From Cyanophora paradoxa CCMP329 (taxonomy: Eukaryota; Plantae; Glaucophyta), in NCBI GenBank assembly GCA_004431415.1, contig QPMI01000125.1, positions 9,428 through 73,427 on the forward strand: a stretch of 64,000 nucleotides of DNA, read 5' to 3'. This document shows positions 26,301 to 39,014 of this stretch, in pieces. Under the pieces are notes generated by a model. It had not been told where the DNA came from. It saw only the letters and a program-made list of their open reading frames with translations, and ran no database searches. How positions within the stretch are numbered: position 1 is the stretch's first letter; every line of letters begins with the position of its first letter. The position numbers were made by a program, and so were the translations under genes.

Positions 26301-27088
26301 CAGCTGCGCTGCGCATGCGCGTTCACGTGGCAGCCCACTGGCAGGCGCCGCCAGGCGGTGACAGCGGTGTTTTACTACTGGTCCGAACTCAAAGTGCCAA
26401 TTGAGTATGAGGTCGGGAGTTTGAATAGGGGCTCCGTCGCGTACCGTAGACTCCGTAGTACGCTACTGCCAGCCTACTGGTACAGTGGTACGTATACTAG
26501 GCTAGTACGGGGCCTCTATCCTCAGTAACTACAGCCGCCTACTACGGGCCGCTGTGCGGCCGTCCGTGGCCGGGCTAGGCAGCTGCGCAGCCTGCAGCTG
26601 GCATGCTGCCAGGCTGTCTGGTTAACGTTGTGCCAGCCTCTGCCAGCCCAGCTAGTGCCAGGCTGCCAGCGCAAGCTTAAGTCAAGTGCGTTGGCCAACG
26701 CATGCGCAGTCACGCGCGTGCGCTGCGCGTTCACATGGCAGCCCACTGGCAGTCGCCGCCACTGGGCCAGGCCGCGACAGCGGTCTTCTACTACTGGTCC
26801 GTACTCAAAGTGCCAATTGAGTATGAGGTCGGGAGTTTGAATAGGGGCTCCGTCGCGTTTTGGCTCGGCTGTTGCGTACTACTCGTGTTTTTTTACGTGT
26901 GTGCGCTTGCGTCATAAGTAATAAGTTATAACTTAGTATACATGCTTCGAATTCCAGATCGCGAAAAAATTCATTACTGCGTGTAAGTTTCTTTCGAATT
27001 CGCGTGCGATCGCTATAGCTATGTCCGACGGTCATGATATCGATCATCAGTTAATGGGGGGGTGCGGGGGGGCTTGCCCCCCTGCTTG
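23310..27088 (+). mobile_element. Helitron-like family B copy 2 (hosts nested copy 3)
   Basis: 5' end TACTAAGTTATAACTTATTACTTATGACGCA at 23310, GTAACGGAAA cluster at 24298-24410, 3' hairpin + CTTG at 27053-27088. Confidence 0.65.
24984..26938 (-). mobile_element. Helitron-like family B copy 3, inverted and nested in copy 2
   Basis: Reverse-complement 5' motif ends at 26938, TTTCCGTTAC cluster at 25749-25800, reverse 3' hairpin at 24984-25020. The reconstructed empty site is ...ctacgtA|Tacatg.... It contains an internal ~130-bp direct repeat (26318-26442 / 26726-26858). Confidence 0.7.
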
Positions 27089-27536
27089 TTTAGAATACAA
27101 AATAATCCTCATTATTATAATCGTTATTGCCAACTTATTGGGGAAGGGAAATTGACGGCGAAGTGAAGTGGGGCAGATCTAGAGGAACAGACTCGGAAAA
27201 TCGCGCATGCGATATTACCGGGAACATTAACAGTCTTTGGAGCCAGTGATGATGATTATTTCAGCGAGCGTTGGACTCAATAATCTCCTTCGAATTCGCT
27301 GCTCCCGGACTCCAGTCCCCCGAACCCGCTAGCGGTATTTGCCGCACCTTCGCCCCGCAGCGCAGGAGCTGACGAGGAGGTTCTCTTGTGATCGCGAACA
27401 GCTCTTGCAGACAAAAGAAGGGAAGCAGAGAGAGGGCTGGGGATAGAGGCGAGTGCAGGCAGATGGAGGGGCGAGCGGATGAGGCTCAGCTCAAAGCTTA
27501 AAGGGCGGAGGCGGGGCGGGGCGGGACGGGGCGGGG

Positions 27537-27989
27537 CTAGTTGAGGGTGCCGCGGCAGCGGGCGGCGCCGCAGAGGCACGGGATCTTCTCATCCTCGATC
27601 GGGAACTTGTAGTCGTACCTGCGGCGCGGTCGGTCGGACCAGAGAGGGCGGGAGGAGGAGGGTGGGGGGGTGAGGGGGGGTGGGGGGGGGGGGGGGGGGA
27701 CGGACGTGATCTCCTCGCCGACGGCGATGTCGCGCTTGGCGTAGATCACGATCTTCTTCGCGCCGTCCACCGTGATGATCTTCGCCACGCAGTTCGGCTG
27801 CGTGCCCGGCGCCGCAGCCGGCGCTCGTCAGGACGAGGATAGAGGGGGCGGTGGAGAAGGCGGGGCCGGGGGCACGTCGCAGCAGTGGTTGATGAAGCGG
27901 GCGGTGTTGCCCTTCTTCGTGGCGTCCACGATGCTGTCCTCGTCGATGCGGAAGAGGTACGAGCTCCCGATGCCCACCTGCGCCCCGGT

Positions 27990-28020
<31 letters not shown>

Positions 28021-31000
28021 AGGGGGGGAGGGCGGCGCGCCTTCTCGTAGGCCTTCTCGCGCTCGTCGGCGACCTTCTGGCGGATGACCTCCCCCACGTA
28101 CTGCGCGAGGAGCGTCAGCGGGGAGCGCAACGCCTACAAGAGGGACGAGTCCATCTTATAAATAAATAATGATGTATAGACTTGTCCATCCATCGTATGA
28201 TGCGATTATTGTTATTTTGAGAGGGACAGAGGGCGCGCCTCGATGACCATGTCGTCGCGGGAGATCGCCTCCAGCGCGAAGAGCCCTGCGGGGGAGTTGG
28301 AGCAGGCGGGGCGCGGGGCGCGGGGTCGGTCGGTCCGACGGGGGACGGACCCCACTCGTGGATGGTCGAGCGCTCGAACTTGAGGCGCTTCTTCCGCGAC
28401 TTGAGCTGTCGTTGGCGGTCGAGCGGAGCCCGGTCAGAGGGGCGGGGCGGGGCGGGGCGGGGCGGGGCGGGGTCGTCAGAAGTCTAGAGAAGAGGTTGGA
28501 AGTCTAGTCCAGTCTAGAGATCTCTCCGGGGCGGGCGGGGCGGACCGCGCTGAACTTGGCGGACTCGGTGTCGGCCGCCTCGGCAAAGCCGCCCGCCTGC
28601 CAGCGGCGCTCAGCGGGGGCCGTCCAGCGGGGCGGGGGGCGGGGCGGGGGCGGAGCGCGGGCGGGCGGGCGCGCCTGGCGGCGGTTCTGGACGCGCTGCG
28701 TGCGGGCCGACGCGGTGACGGAGCGGTCGATGTGGAGGGGCACCGAGGCGCTCCCGCTCGAGACGGCGGCCTTGGGCCCGACCCGCCGGCCCCGCCGAGG
28801 CCGCCGCCGGCCACCGCCGAGGCGAGGCGCGCGGCGTCGCGCAGGCGCGAGACGGTCCGGTAGCGCGCCTCCTTCTTCAGGCTCTGCCCCCGCCCGCCCG
28901 CCCGCCCCGGTCAGACGGAGGAAGCGGCGGCGGAGGCGCAGGTGGAGGCGGTGCGCACCCTGAAGGCCGTGTAGTCCTCGCAGCGGGCGCAGCCCGAAGG
29001 GTTGACCGGCAGCTCGGGCTCCGCTGACTCTGCCGCGGCGGCGGCGGCGGCGGCGGCAGCGGCCGCCGCCGCGAACTTCTGGCGGGAAAGGACCTCGGGG
29101 TCGACCAGGTTGCTGCCCAGGCGCCGGTCAGCCAGCGAAAGGGAGAAAGAAAGGGGGGGCGAGGAGGAGGGCGGGGCGGACAAGGAGGGCGCGGCGGGGG
29201 GCTCGTAGACGTCGGCCGCCTCGCGGAGTTCGCGGAGGACTTCGGCGCGCGAGAGGGGCGCCGGCGGGGGCAGCCCCGGGGCGGAGCCCTCGGCGAGCTC
29301 GATGGTCGCCTTGATCCGCTGGCCGGCGGCGGCGGCCGCCTTGCGGGGCCGCACGGCGAGGTCCGCCACGGCGCCGCCTGCGTTGAAGGCCGGGATGCGC
29401 GAGTTGAGCTTCTGCAGCTCCCGGTCCGCCTTCGCCGACCGGCTCTTCGCCGCCGGCAGCGACGGCGGCGGCGGCTCCGAGAGGGCGAGCGGCGGCGCCC
29501 GGGGCAGCGGGGGCGCCGGCGGGAGGGCGGGGGCGGGGCAGCGGGGGCGCCGGGGCAGGGGGCGGGCGGCTCGGGGGCCCGCGCCTTCTTGGCCGGCCGG
29601 CGGACCTCGACGGGGCCCACGCGGCGGGCGGGGGCCCCCGGGGCGGGCGCGGGGGCCTCCCTGGCCTTCCCGGCCGGCTGCTGCTTGCCCTCGTCGCCCC
29701 AGAGGGAGGAGAGGACGATGTCGGCGTCGGCGTCGCCGGCCTCCTCCTCGCCCTCGGCGGGGGCGCTGCGCGCGGGGCTGTAGCTCCGCTCCCCGCTGCT
29801 GATGCTCGACGACGAGCTCGAGCGCGCCGCGCGGCCCCGCTTCCGGCCCCGCCCGCCCCGCACCGCCTCCTCTTCCGACGACTCCTCCGACTCGCTGCTG
29901 CTTCTGCTGCTGCTCGCGGCGGCGGCGGAGGCGGCGCCCTCCGGCCCCGAGGCCTCGTCCTCCGAGCGCGCCGCCTGCCGCCGGACGCGCCGCCCCTCCG
30001 CCGCCTCCGCCTGCGCTTCCTCCTTCACGGCCGGCGCGGCCGGCGGCGAGGCCGAGGGGGCGGGGGCCGACGCCGGGCGGCGGCGGCGGGGGCGCGGCTC
30101 GAAGCCGGCCTTGACGGGGATGCGGCGCATGGCGGGCGGGGCGGGCCGCGCCGGCGCCGGCGCAGCCGCGCCCTCCTCCGCCATAGCCTCCCGGAAGCCC
30201 TCGGCAGCTGCACGCCCGCGATCGCCAACTCCGGCGCCTTCTGCTCCCCGGCGGGGCCTCCCGCCCGCGGCGGCCGCGGCGGATGCGGCGGCGGCGGCGG
30301 GGGCCTTTGCGGCGCGCTCGGCGGCCTGCGCCGCCTGCTGCTGCTCGCGACGATGGCGGCGAGGCCGGCGGCGGCGGCCGAGCCGGCGGCGGCCGCGACC
30401 GCCGCCGCGGCGGCCTCGCCGCCGGCCTCGGCGACGCGGGAGGACTGGGCGGCGAGCCAGCGCCGCAGCGTCTCGAAGATCGTCTGCTGCACCACCGTTC
30501 GCTGCACGTCCCTCACCACCTGCGCGGCGCGGTTTAAGTTTGAAATTCGAGAATGCCCTGCGCGGGCGAAAGAAAGACACAGGGCGGGGCGGGGCGCGCC
30601 TGCTCGCGGATCTTGTCGCGGAGGGCGGCGGCGGCCTTGCGCAGCTCCGGCTCGAGCTTGCCCTCCATCTCCCTGGCCTCCCGCAGCGCCCGCTCCTGCG
30701 CCGTCTCCCGCGGCCGCTGCTCCTCTCGTCTCGGCTCTCGCCTCCGGTCTCCGTCCGGCCCCGGCCCGCGCCCGGCGGCGGCGCGCCCGCGGCGGGGCGG
30801 ATGCGGCGGGCCCCAGCGGCTGAGCTGCGGCCGCGGGCCCCGCCGCTGGCTCCTGGACCGCGAGCGCGAGCGGGACCGGGATCGGGACCGGGATCGGGAT
30901 CGGGAGGACCGACCGCTGCGGCTGCGGCTGCTGCTCCTGCTCCGCCCGCGCTGCGGCTGCGGCTGCGGCTGCGGCTGCGGGAACGACTCCTGCTGCGCGA

Positions 31001-34000
31001 GCTCCGCGACCGGCTGCGGGAGCGGCTTCGCGAGCGGCTGCGGCCGCGGCCGCGGCGTGGGCGCCTGCGGGGGATGGGGCGCGTGGGGCGGGGGCGGAGC
31101 GCGTCCGGGGCGGAGGGCCGGCGGAGGGACAGAGGGGGCGGCGCGGGCCCCTGCCGGGCCTGCGCGTCGATGTGGGCCTGGAAGGAGGGCGGGTACCTGG
31201 GCGCCGGTCAGCGGCGCGGGGGGCATGGCAAAAACGCGCGACCGGCACGCACTGGATGGCGGGCGGGAGGGCGGCGGGGGCGGGCCGGGGCGGGGGGCGG
31301 GGGCCGGGCCGGGGCCGGCGCGGAGAAGCGCTCGCTGAGCTTGAGGCGGCGGATTCCGTACTGGGCGCCCTGGAGCATGGCGATGGCGCGGTCCCTGTTC
31401 TGGCGCGTCCCGAACGAGACGACGAAGCCGGCGCCCTCCTGGCGCGCCGCCGTCGGCCCGAACGTCTTGAAGAAGGCCACGACCTGAGGGCGGCGGCTCG
31501 GGCCTGGGGTCGGGCGGGCGGGCGGGAGGCGCGGGGGCGCGGGCGCACGTCGTAGGGCGGGGTGCTGGCCGGCATGCCGTGGACGTCAAGCTCGAACTGG
31601 GTGTAAGGGTTCGCGGCGGGGGGCGGCGGGGCGGCGGGGCGGGCGTGGGGGTGGCCGGGGCGGGGGCCGGGCGAGGGAGATGCCGGGGGCGGGGGGAGGA
31701 CGGCGGGGTCGACGAGGGGGCGAGGGCGAGGACGAGGTCGCGGGCGGGGATGCGGGCGGGAGGTCCTGGGCGGTCAGGGCCGCCCGCGGGCGCCCGGGCC
31801 GAAGCCGGCGGCGGCGAGGAGCGCCGGCATGCCCGGGATGGGGAGGATGTCGGAGAAGCGGATGTCGGCGTGCGGCGCCGACGTGAACGTCGCGTACATG
31901 ATCTGCACCAGCCCGAGCTCCGCGCCGGTCGCCGCCCGCGTCGGCGGGGCGGCGGCGGGCGCGGCGGGGGCGAGGCCGGCATGGCCGGGGGCGGGGAGAG
32001 GGAGGCGGCGGAGGAGAGGGGCGAGATGCGCGCGGCGAGGAGCGCCGCCTCGTCCTCCCGTCGGGGGAGCCGCGGGGCGGGGCCGGGGCGGGGGCGGCGG
32101 GGCGGCGGGGCGGGCTCGGGGAGGGGCGGGACTGGAGGGAGCGAGGGCGGCGGAGAAGGCGGCGGGGGCGTCCAGCGCGAGGAAGCCGGCGTCCGTCGAG
32201 GACTCGTCCACGTCGTACGGGCCCAGCACCCGCGGGGGCGCCTCCGCCTCCGAGTCCAGCTGCGCGGCGGCGTGGGCCGGGCGGGGCGGGGCGGGGCGGG
32301 CGTGGACGGACGGCGTCGCGGAGCTCGCGGATGTTGGCGCCGGCGAGGAGGCGCCGCCCCTCGAGGGCCGCCCCGTCGTCCTCCGCCCACGCGTCGTTTC
32401 CCCTGACGGTCGGCGTCGGCGGCGGCGGCGGCGGCGGCGCGGGGCGGGCGCGGGCGCGGTCGTCGGGGCGCGCACGGGGCTGCCTCCTCTTCCTCGGCCG
32501 GGGCGTGCGGCGCGGGGGCGGCGGCGTGCGCGGCCGGCTCGTTCCAGCCCTCGCTCGTTTGCGCTGCGCCGGCCGTCCCGCCCCGGATCAGGCTGGGCCC
32601 CGAGCGCAGCGGAGCGGGGCGGACCGTCGGCGATGCAGCGGACGGCGACCAGGACGGCGGAGAGGTCGCGCCCGCGGGGCCGCGTCGTCGCGTCGTACGC
32701 CATCTCATGCAGCCGCCCTGCTCCGGCTGCTCAGCGGGGCGGGGCGGGGTGGGGGCGGGCGGGCGGGGGAGGCGGGGGGCACCCTCGGAGTCGGGCACGA
32801 CGTCGATGCGCTGCCCGAAGATGCTCTGTCCGTGCATGCACCGCACCGCCTTCCCCAGGCTCTCCTCCGTCTTGTACCGGATCTGAGGCGCCGCGCCGCC
32901 CGCCTCAGAGCGCGCGCGCGATCCGGGGCGGGCGTGCGGCGGGCGGGCGGCACCCGCGCGAGGCCGACGTGGGGGGCGCCGTACAGCTGAACCAGCTCGA
33001 TCTGGGGGTCGGTATGAGGGGCCGGGCGCGGGGCGCGGGGAGCGGGAGGCGGCGCGGGGCGCGCACGGCGCCGTAGCGGCCGAACTCGTCGACCGCGAAG
33101 GCCTCGTCGACCTGGGGCGCCAGGTTCGTAACGAAGGCCGTCCGCCGCCGCTCCGCCGCCGTCCCCGCCGACGGGTACTTGCGCGCCTCCTGCCCCGCCC
33201 CGCGTCAGCCAGCCAGCCGCGGACGCCGCCGGGGCCGCCGGGGCCGCCGGGGCCGGGGAGGAGGAGGACGACGACGCCGCCGCACCTTGGCGGCGGCGGA
33301 GTTCTCGTCGTACTCGAAGGCTGGGACCTCCAGGGGCGGGATCCTCTGCGGCGAGGCGGCCCGCCGCACCGCCGCCGGCAGCCGCGCCTCCGGCCGCGGG
33401 TCGGAGACGGCCGGCTCCTCCTCCTGTTCGGGGGCGCCGTGAGCGAGCGAGGGGGCGGGGGCGGGGGGCGGGCAGGGGCGGGCGGACGCCGGGGCAGCGG
33501 CCGTCGACGCGGTAGACACGGCTGATGCCCAGCGTGTTGAGCAGCGGGTCCACCTCCGAGCGGTGCCCCGTGCTCAGGCTGCCGCCAGCGTCGGCAAGGC
33601 CAGCGGTCGGGCGGGGCGGGGCGGGCAGAACAGACCTGGGGTCGTGGAGCAGCTTCCAGTCGCCGCCGCGCTGGACGCAGGCGTAGCGCAGGCCGTCGTC
33701 GAAGGTGACGACGCGGTGGTTGGGCCGCTTGGGCCGGTCCTGCTCCCGCGGGTCCCACTCCGGCCCCGCCGCGCTGTTCGGCGAGTCCGGGGACGGCGAC
33801 CGAGGCGGCTGGCCCGTCGGCGAGGGCGAGGGGCCGCCCCCGGGCCGCGGGGAGCGCGGAGGGGTCGGCCGGGGAGGCGAGGCCGACGGGGGGGCGTCGG
33901 GCGAGCGCTGGGGCGGCCCCCCTGGGCTGGCTGCCGGCGCCAGCTGCGGCTGCCCCGCGTGGGCCGCGGGCTCGCCCTTTTCCTCACTCTTCGTCGGCGC

Positions 34001-36257
34001 GGGGGGGAACGCGTGCGGCCCTTCAGCGTGGGCCCCCCCGCGCCCATGAAAATCCGGCGGCCACCCGAGGGGCGGCGCTCCAAGCCCCGGGCCCGCCGGC
34101 CCGGGGCCGCCGCCCCATGCCGCGGCAGGGAAGCCGTACGGAGCGGGCGGGCCCATCTGTTGCCAGCCGAACGGGCCGGGCGGGCCCATGCCCGGAGGGC
34201 CCATGCCCGGAGGGCCCATGCCCATACCAGGAGGGCCCATGCCGGGCGGGCTCATGCCGGGAGGGCTCATGCCCGGAGGGCCCATGCCGGGCGGGCCCAT
34301 GCCGGGCGGGCCCATGCCTGGAGGGCCCATTCCGGGCGGGCCCATGCCGGGCGGGCCCATACCATGAGGGGCCATGCCGGGAGAGCCCATGCCCGGGGGT
34401 CCCATGCCCATGCCGGGCGGGCCCATGCCGGGAGGACCCATGCCGGGAGGGCCCAGAGGCTGGCTGGGGAAGGGGCCGGAGACGGGGATGGGCCCGGGGC
34501 CCGGCGCGTGGTCGGGAGCGGGGGCCGGAGCCGGAGCGGGCGGCGCGGCGGCGTTGCGGACGGCGATGGCTGCGGCCGCCCGGGCGAACTGAGCCGCCGT
34601 CGACTCGTCCCCGTCGATCTGCCGGCCCGGCGGCGTCGGCGGCGGCGTCGGCGGGGCGCCACGGGGCGGGGGCGGGCGGGCGGGCGGGGGGCGGGGACAG
34701 TACCTGCATGTCGTCGTCGGCCGGCAGCTCGCCCGACGACAGCTCTGCGGCGGCGGCGGCTCGGGCGCGGGCGCGGGCGCCAGCTCGGGGCGGGGCGGGG
34801 CGGGGGCCGGACCGGCGAAGAACTGGGCGGCGAGGGACTTGGCCCCTTGCCCTTGCCCTTGCGCCTGCGCGGCCTCGCCGCCCTTGGCCCACGCGGGAAG
34901 GGGCCCCGAGGCCACGGCGAAGGGCGGCTGGCCCCCGGGCCTCGCGGCGCCGGCCGGCCTCGGCTTCACCAGCTGGCCCTTCGTGTCGATCTTGAACGCG
35001 ATCTTTCTCTCCTCCCTCTGCTGCGCCGGCTCCTCTCTCGCTGGCTCGGGCGCCGCCGCGGCGGCCGCCAGCTCGGGCCCCGCCGCCGGCGGCGGCGGCT
35101 GAGGCTCCTGCACGCCCGACTCCGGAGCCTTAGGAGCGGCGTCCTCGTCGACCCGCCTCCGCTGCGGCTCCCGCTGCTTCTCCGCAGCCGCCGCAGCCTT
35201 GCGCGAGCCCGCCCCATTCTCCCCGTCGCCCTCCGGGGCCCGCCGCTTGCCCTTGCCCCCCGGGGGCGGCGCCCGCCCGCGGCCTGCAGGGCCGCCGCGC
35301 CTGCGCGAAAGGTGAGAAAAAGGAAGGAGAAAGGAAGGGCGGCGAAAGCGGGGCGGACCTCGCGGACGGAGCGGCGGCGCGGGGCGACCCTTCCTCGGAG
35401 GAAATGGAAGAAACGGGCGAGTACGTCCCCAGCGCCTTGGCTCCCTTGCGGTCACGGTCGCGGGAGGGGCTGCGCGAGCGCCCTCGGCTCCGGGAGCGCG
35501 AGCGGGATCGGGAGGAGCGCCGCCGGGGCGGGGAGCGAGAGTTCGGGCGGCGACCGGCGGGACGGGGCGGGGAGCGGCGCCCGGGCGGCCGGGGCCGGCC
35601 GCGCCCCGCGCCGGGCGGAGAGCGGGCGCGCGGCTCGGGAGGGGTTCGAGAGCGGACTCGGGGCGGTGGCGGGGAACGAGGACGCGGCGGTGGCGGGCTT
35701 CGGCCGCGCGGAGGCGGCCCGGGCGGCGGCGGCGAGATCCCGCGCTCCGGAGAAGCTATTGGAGAAGGCATATCCCGCCAATACGGCGGCGGCGGCGGGC
35801 GATCGTAGAAGCCCGGCCGCGCGTACGGGTCAGGCGGTGGCGGGGGCCTGTCATAGAAGCCGCGCGGCGGCAGCGGCGGGCCAGGAGGCATCGGAGGCGG
35901 AGTGAGCCTGTGGTATGGCTCGTAGCCGCGGCCGGGCGGACTGCGGTTGAGCGGAGATGCAGGTCGATGAAGGAAGGGCCGACCGCCGGGAGGAGGCCGG
36001 AAGCGCTCGTCGTTCCGGTCATCCCGCCACGCCGGTTCCGCGTCTCGCTTCGCCGGCGGCGGTGCGGGCACTTCGTCAGGCAACTCGCCCTCCTCCGCCT
36101 CGCCTTCTTCCCGTTCCGGCTCCGCGGGCTTCACGGCGGTTGTAGCTTGAGGAGGAGGGTTGATGGGTGCCGTTGCAGGCGCTGTTCTTGTAGGCGCGAG
36201 AGGCGGGGCGGCCTTCGCCTGGCCCTCGTCGGCCTCGCCCTCCTCAAAGTCCACCAT
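27537..36257 (-). CDS. SET1: Histone H3K4 methyltransferase SET1/SETD1 (COMPASS), multi-exon
   Basis: C-terminal SET/post-SET: [95 protein letters not shown]-stop. WIN motif NPSGCARCE (~28975-29005). N-terminal DWKLLHDP / RVYRVDG / [10 protein letters not shown] and RRM ([11 protein letters not shown]...[17 protein letters not shown]). Confidence 0.96.
34180..34450 (-). repeat. Coding 15-bp minisatellite encoding (GMGPP)n in SET1
   Basis: Repeated gggcccatgcc(c/g)gg(a/c) units. The translation reads [14 protein letters not shown]... Confidence 0.9.
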
Positions 36258-36718
36258 CGTTCGCGCTGAGAGGACGTTCCACGATAGATGTATCGCGCTT
36301 TGGACAACGTCGCTTGCGCCGATCGTACGCGCTGGCGCCGCTCGAAGATGAGCGAGGCGCGGTTGGGTCCAACTGGCGCAGAACCGCTGGACGGCCTCCT
36401 ACGCAACGTTCCGGCGCGTTCGAGGCGCGTTCCGGGCTTTGGCGCGCGGACCCGGGTACAGTGCGATATCGAACACCCCGCCCTCGTGTGAAAGCAGACG
36501 TCCGGGCGTTCGTCGTTTCTCAGTGCCCGCTCCCTGATCCCAGAGAGCGGTGACAGCGGAAGCGGCGCCTTGCGCACCCGATCTCCAGGTGTTGAAGGCG
36601 ATTGCCTCTGAGGCTCAGCGACCGCGCGCAACATCTGATATCGAAAGCACGGTGCGATATGAACCCATGCGGCGCCGCGCCCGCGAAGTCTTACGCGCGC
36701 GCGCGGTCTTTTGCAGCG
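36258..36718. promoter_or_regulatory. Probable bidirectional promoter between SET1 and SBDS
   Basis: The two start codons diverge with 461 bp between them. No specific motif was identified. Confidence 0.55.
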
Positions 36719-38069
36719 ATGAGCATCAACCAGCCAGTTGGCCAGAAGCGCCTTACGAACGTCGCCGTTGTGAGGCTGAAAAAGGGCGGTAAGCGCTTCG
36801 AGATTGCCTGCTACAAGAACAAGGTCGTCTCCTGGCGGCAGGGCGTGTGCGCGGCGCCTCGCGCGGCTCTGCTCAGTGGGAAGATGCCCTCGCCGACTGG
36901 TGCCGCAGTGAAAAGGACATCGACGAGGTCCTGCAGACCCACACGGTCTTCATCAACGTGAGCAAGGGCCAGTTTGCGACCAAGGAGGACATCGTGAAAG
37001 TGTTTGGCACTGAAGATCAGTCGAAGATCTGCCTAGAGGCGCGCTCTCCGACCGTCGCCGCGCCGGCGCCGGCCCTCCGCGCCGCCGCAGCTGAGGCCCC
37101 GCTCAGATTCTGGCCAAGGGGGAGCTGCAAGTGTCGGACAAGGAGCGGGCCGTGGAGCTGGACAGCCGCTTCCACGAGATCGCGACGATAGTCGCAGAGA
37201 AGTGCATAGACCGCACGACGCAGGCGAGCGAGCGAGCGGGCGCCGGGGGCGGGGGCCCTGGGCCGGCCGCCTGAGCTGACGCCGGCGGGCGATCGCGAGC
37301 AGAAGCCGATGCCGGTAACGCTGATCGAGAAGGCGATGCGAGACATGCACTACTCGATCAACCCCAACAAGAACGCGAAGCAGCAGGCGCCGCCGCCGCG
37401 CCGCCGCCGCGCCGCGCCGCCGGCGCCGCCGCGAACCCTGACCCGACCCGCGGCAGGCCCTGGATCTCATCAAGCTGATCCAGCAGAGGCTGCCCGACCT
37501 CCAGCGCGCCGAAATGCAGATCAAAGTTCGCCCCGCCCCGTCGTCGCCGCCCCAGCCTCCGCCCCCGCCCCGCCCCTCGGCCCCTGAGCGCGTACCCCCG
37601 CAGGTGATGATCCCCGAGGCACTGGCAAAGAAGGTGCCGCCGAAGCCGAAGCGCTCCGAGCCTCCCCCCCCCCCCCCCCCCCCCCCCCCTTTCCGAAACC
37701 GAGGGCGCCCGGCGCAGGTGAAGGCAGAGCTGCAGCCGCACGTGACGACGAGCCTGGGCGACAAGGTCGACGGGGGCAAGCTCCACTGGGTGCGTGCCTG
37801 CGGTCCCTGCGGCCTTCGGGGATCGGAGCACCCCCCGCTCACTCACCGCGCCTCGGGATCGCAGGTCTTCCAGATCGACCCGGGCAGCTTCCGGCAGGTG
37901 CGGGCCTCGCGGCGGGGCGGGGCGGGGCGCCGGGCGCCACGCGGCGTGGCCGACGATGCCGGCGGCCGCGAGCGTGCAGGTGGACGAGGCGGTGCGGGGG
38001 GCGGCGGGGGCCTCCCTCGAGATCCTCAACCTCGCCGCCCGCCAGGAGGGCGACGACGCGTTCGAGTAG
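36719..38069 (+). CDS. SBDS: Ribosome maturation factor SBDS/SDO1, 9 exons
   Basis: [43 protein letters not shown]|[23 protein letters not shown]...[14 protein letters not shown]...[21 protein letters not shown]|ALDLIK...IDPGSFRQ...EGDDAFE-stop. Confidence 0.97.
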
Positions 38070-38929
38070 CGCCGCCCCCGCCCCCGCCCCACCAGCGCTT
38101 TAGCTGGGGGCTGGGGCTGCCTCCGACGCCCGCACCCGCGCGCTGGCGCGCTGGAGGCACCCACTCCCCGTCCCCAGGCCCCGCCCACCGCCTTGTCGCC
38201 TCCGGTTCTCGAAGAGTACCACTACAAGCTCATATGACTGACTGCAGCGGAGTTCGAGGGTGCGCTAGCGTAGGGCGCCCCCCGCCGGGCCCCGGCCTGG
38301 CCCCCGCATGTGGCCGGCGCCGCGGCCGCGCGCGCGCGCCGCGTACGTATACTATAGCTAGTCGGTGCGACGGGTACGTATACGTTTATACGCAGTGCTA
38401 CGCATGCGCATCTAACTAGTAAGTTACTAACTAGCAAGTTAACGTTATATAATTAGAGTCGAGCAGCGGCCCGGCCCGCGGCCCTTGCAATTGCAATTGG
38501 CCAAGGGCGCGGCGCCGCCGCGCGCCGGCGCCGCGGCGCCCGCGGCCGGCCGCGCGGCCCGGCCGCGGCAGGCCCGGCGGCGGCCCGCCCCGCCGGCGGG
38601 CCCGGGCGCCTGCCTGCAGCTGCACTAGTACTTGCACGCTGGCTTGCGCGCGAGCCTCGGAGTCCAGAATCCAGATTCGGATCAAACCTTGAAGCCTCAG
38701 GGCCTTGAAGTACTAGTTGCACCGTACTTGCCAAGTTGCACGTCGCCGAGTCGACCCGGCCGGCCCGAGCCGCCCCGGTCCCGAGTCCCGACGGCTTGGC
38801 GGCCGGACCGTACGTATACGCCGTAGCGACAGAACGCTCATGTTAACTGATCTAGAGCAAAACTGTCCCCCGCGGAATCGATGTCGCGGCGCTGCCGGCC
38901 AGCCAGCCAGCCGGGCCTCCGGGGCCTCC

Positions 38930-39014
38930 TGAGCTTCCCTCTAAGTCTCCTGACGCTGGCTTCTGAGCTTCTCCTGAGCTTCCCCTGAGCTTCCTGAGCT
39001 TCCCCCTAAGCTTC
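38930..39014. repeat. Degenerate short tandem repeat (CTGAGCTTCC-like units)
   Basis: gagcttccct...ctgagcttctcctgagcttcccctgagcttcctgagcttccccctaagctt. Confidence 0.7.

Noticed and set aside
24984-27088. A TIR transposon bounded by ~38-bp inverted GC-rich repeats
   Set aside because: There is no TSD. The pattern is better explained as the 3' ends of two oppositely oriented nested family-B elements.
28476-36269. Very long Arg/Pro/Ala/Gly ORFs (561, 567, 780, 1074 aa)
   Set aside because: They are shadows of extreme GC content across SET1 exons and introns. The conserved SET1 motifs explain the region.
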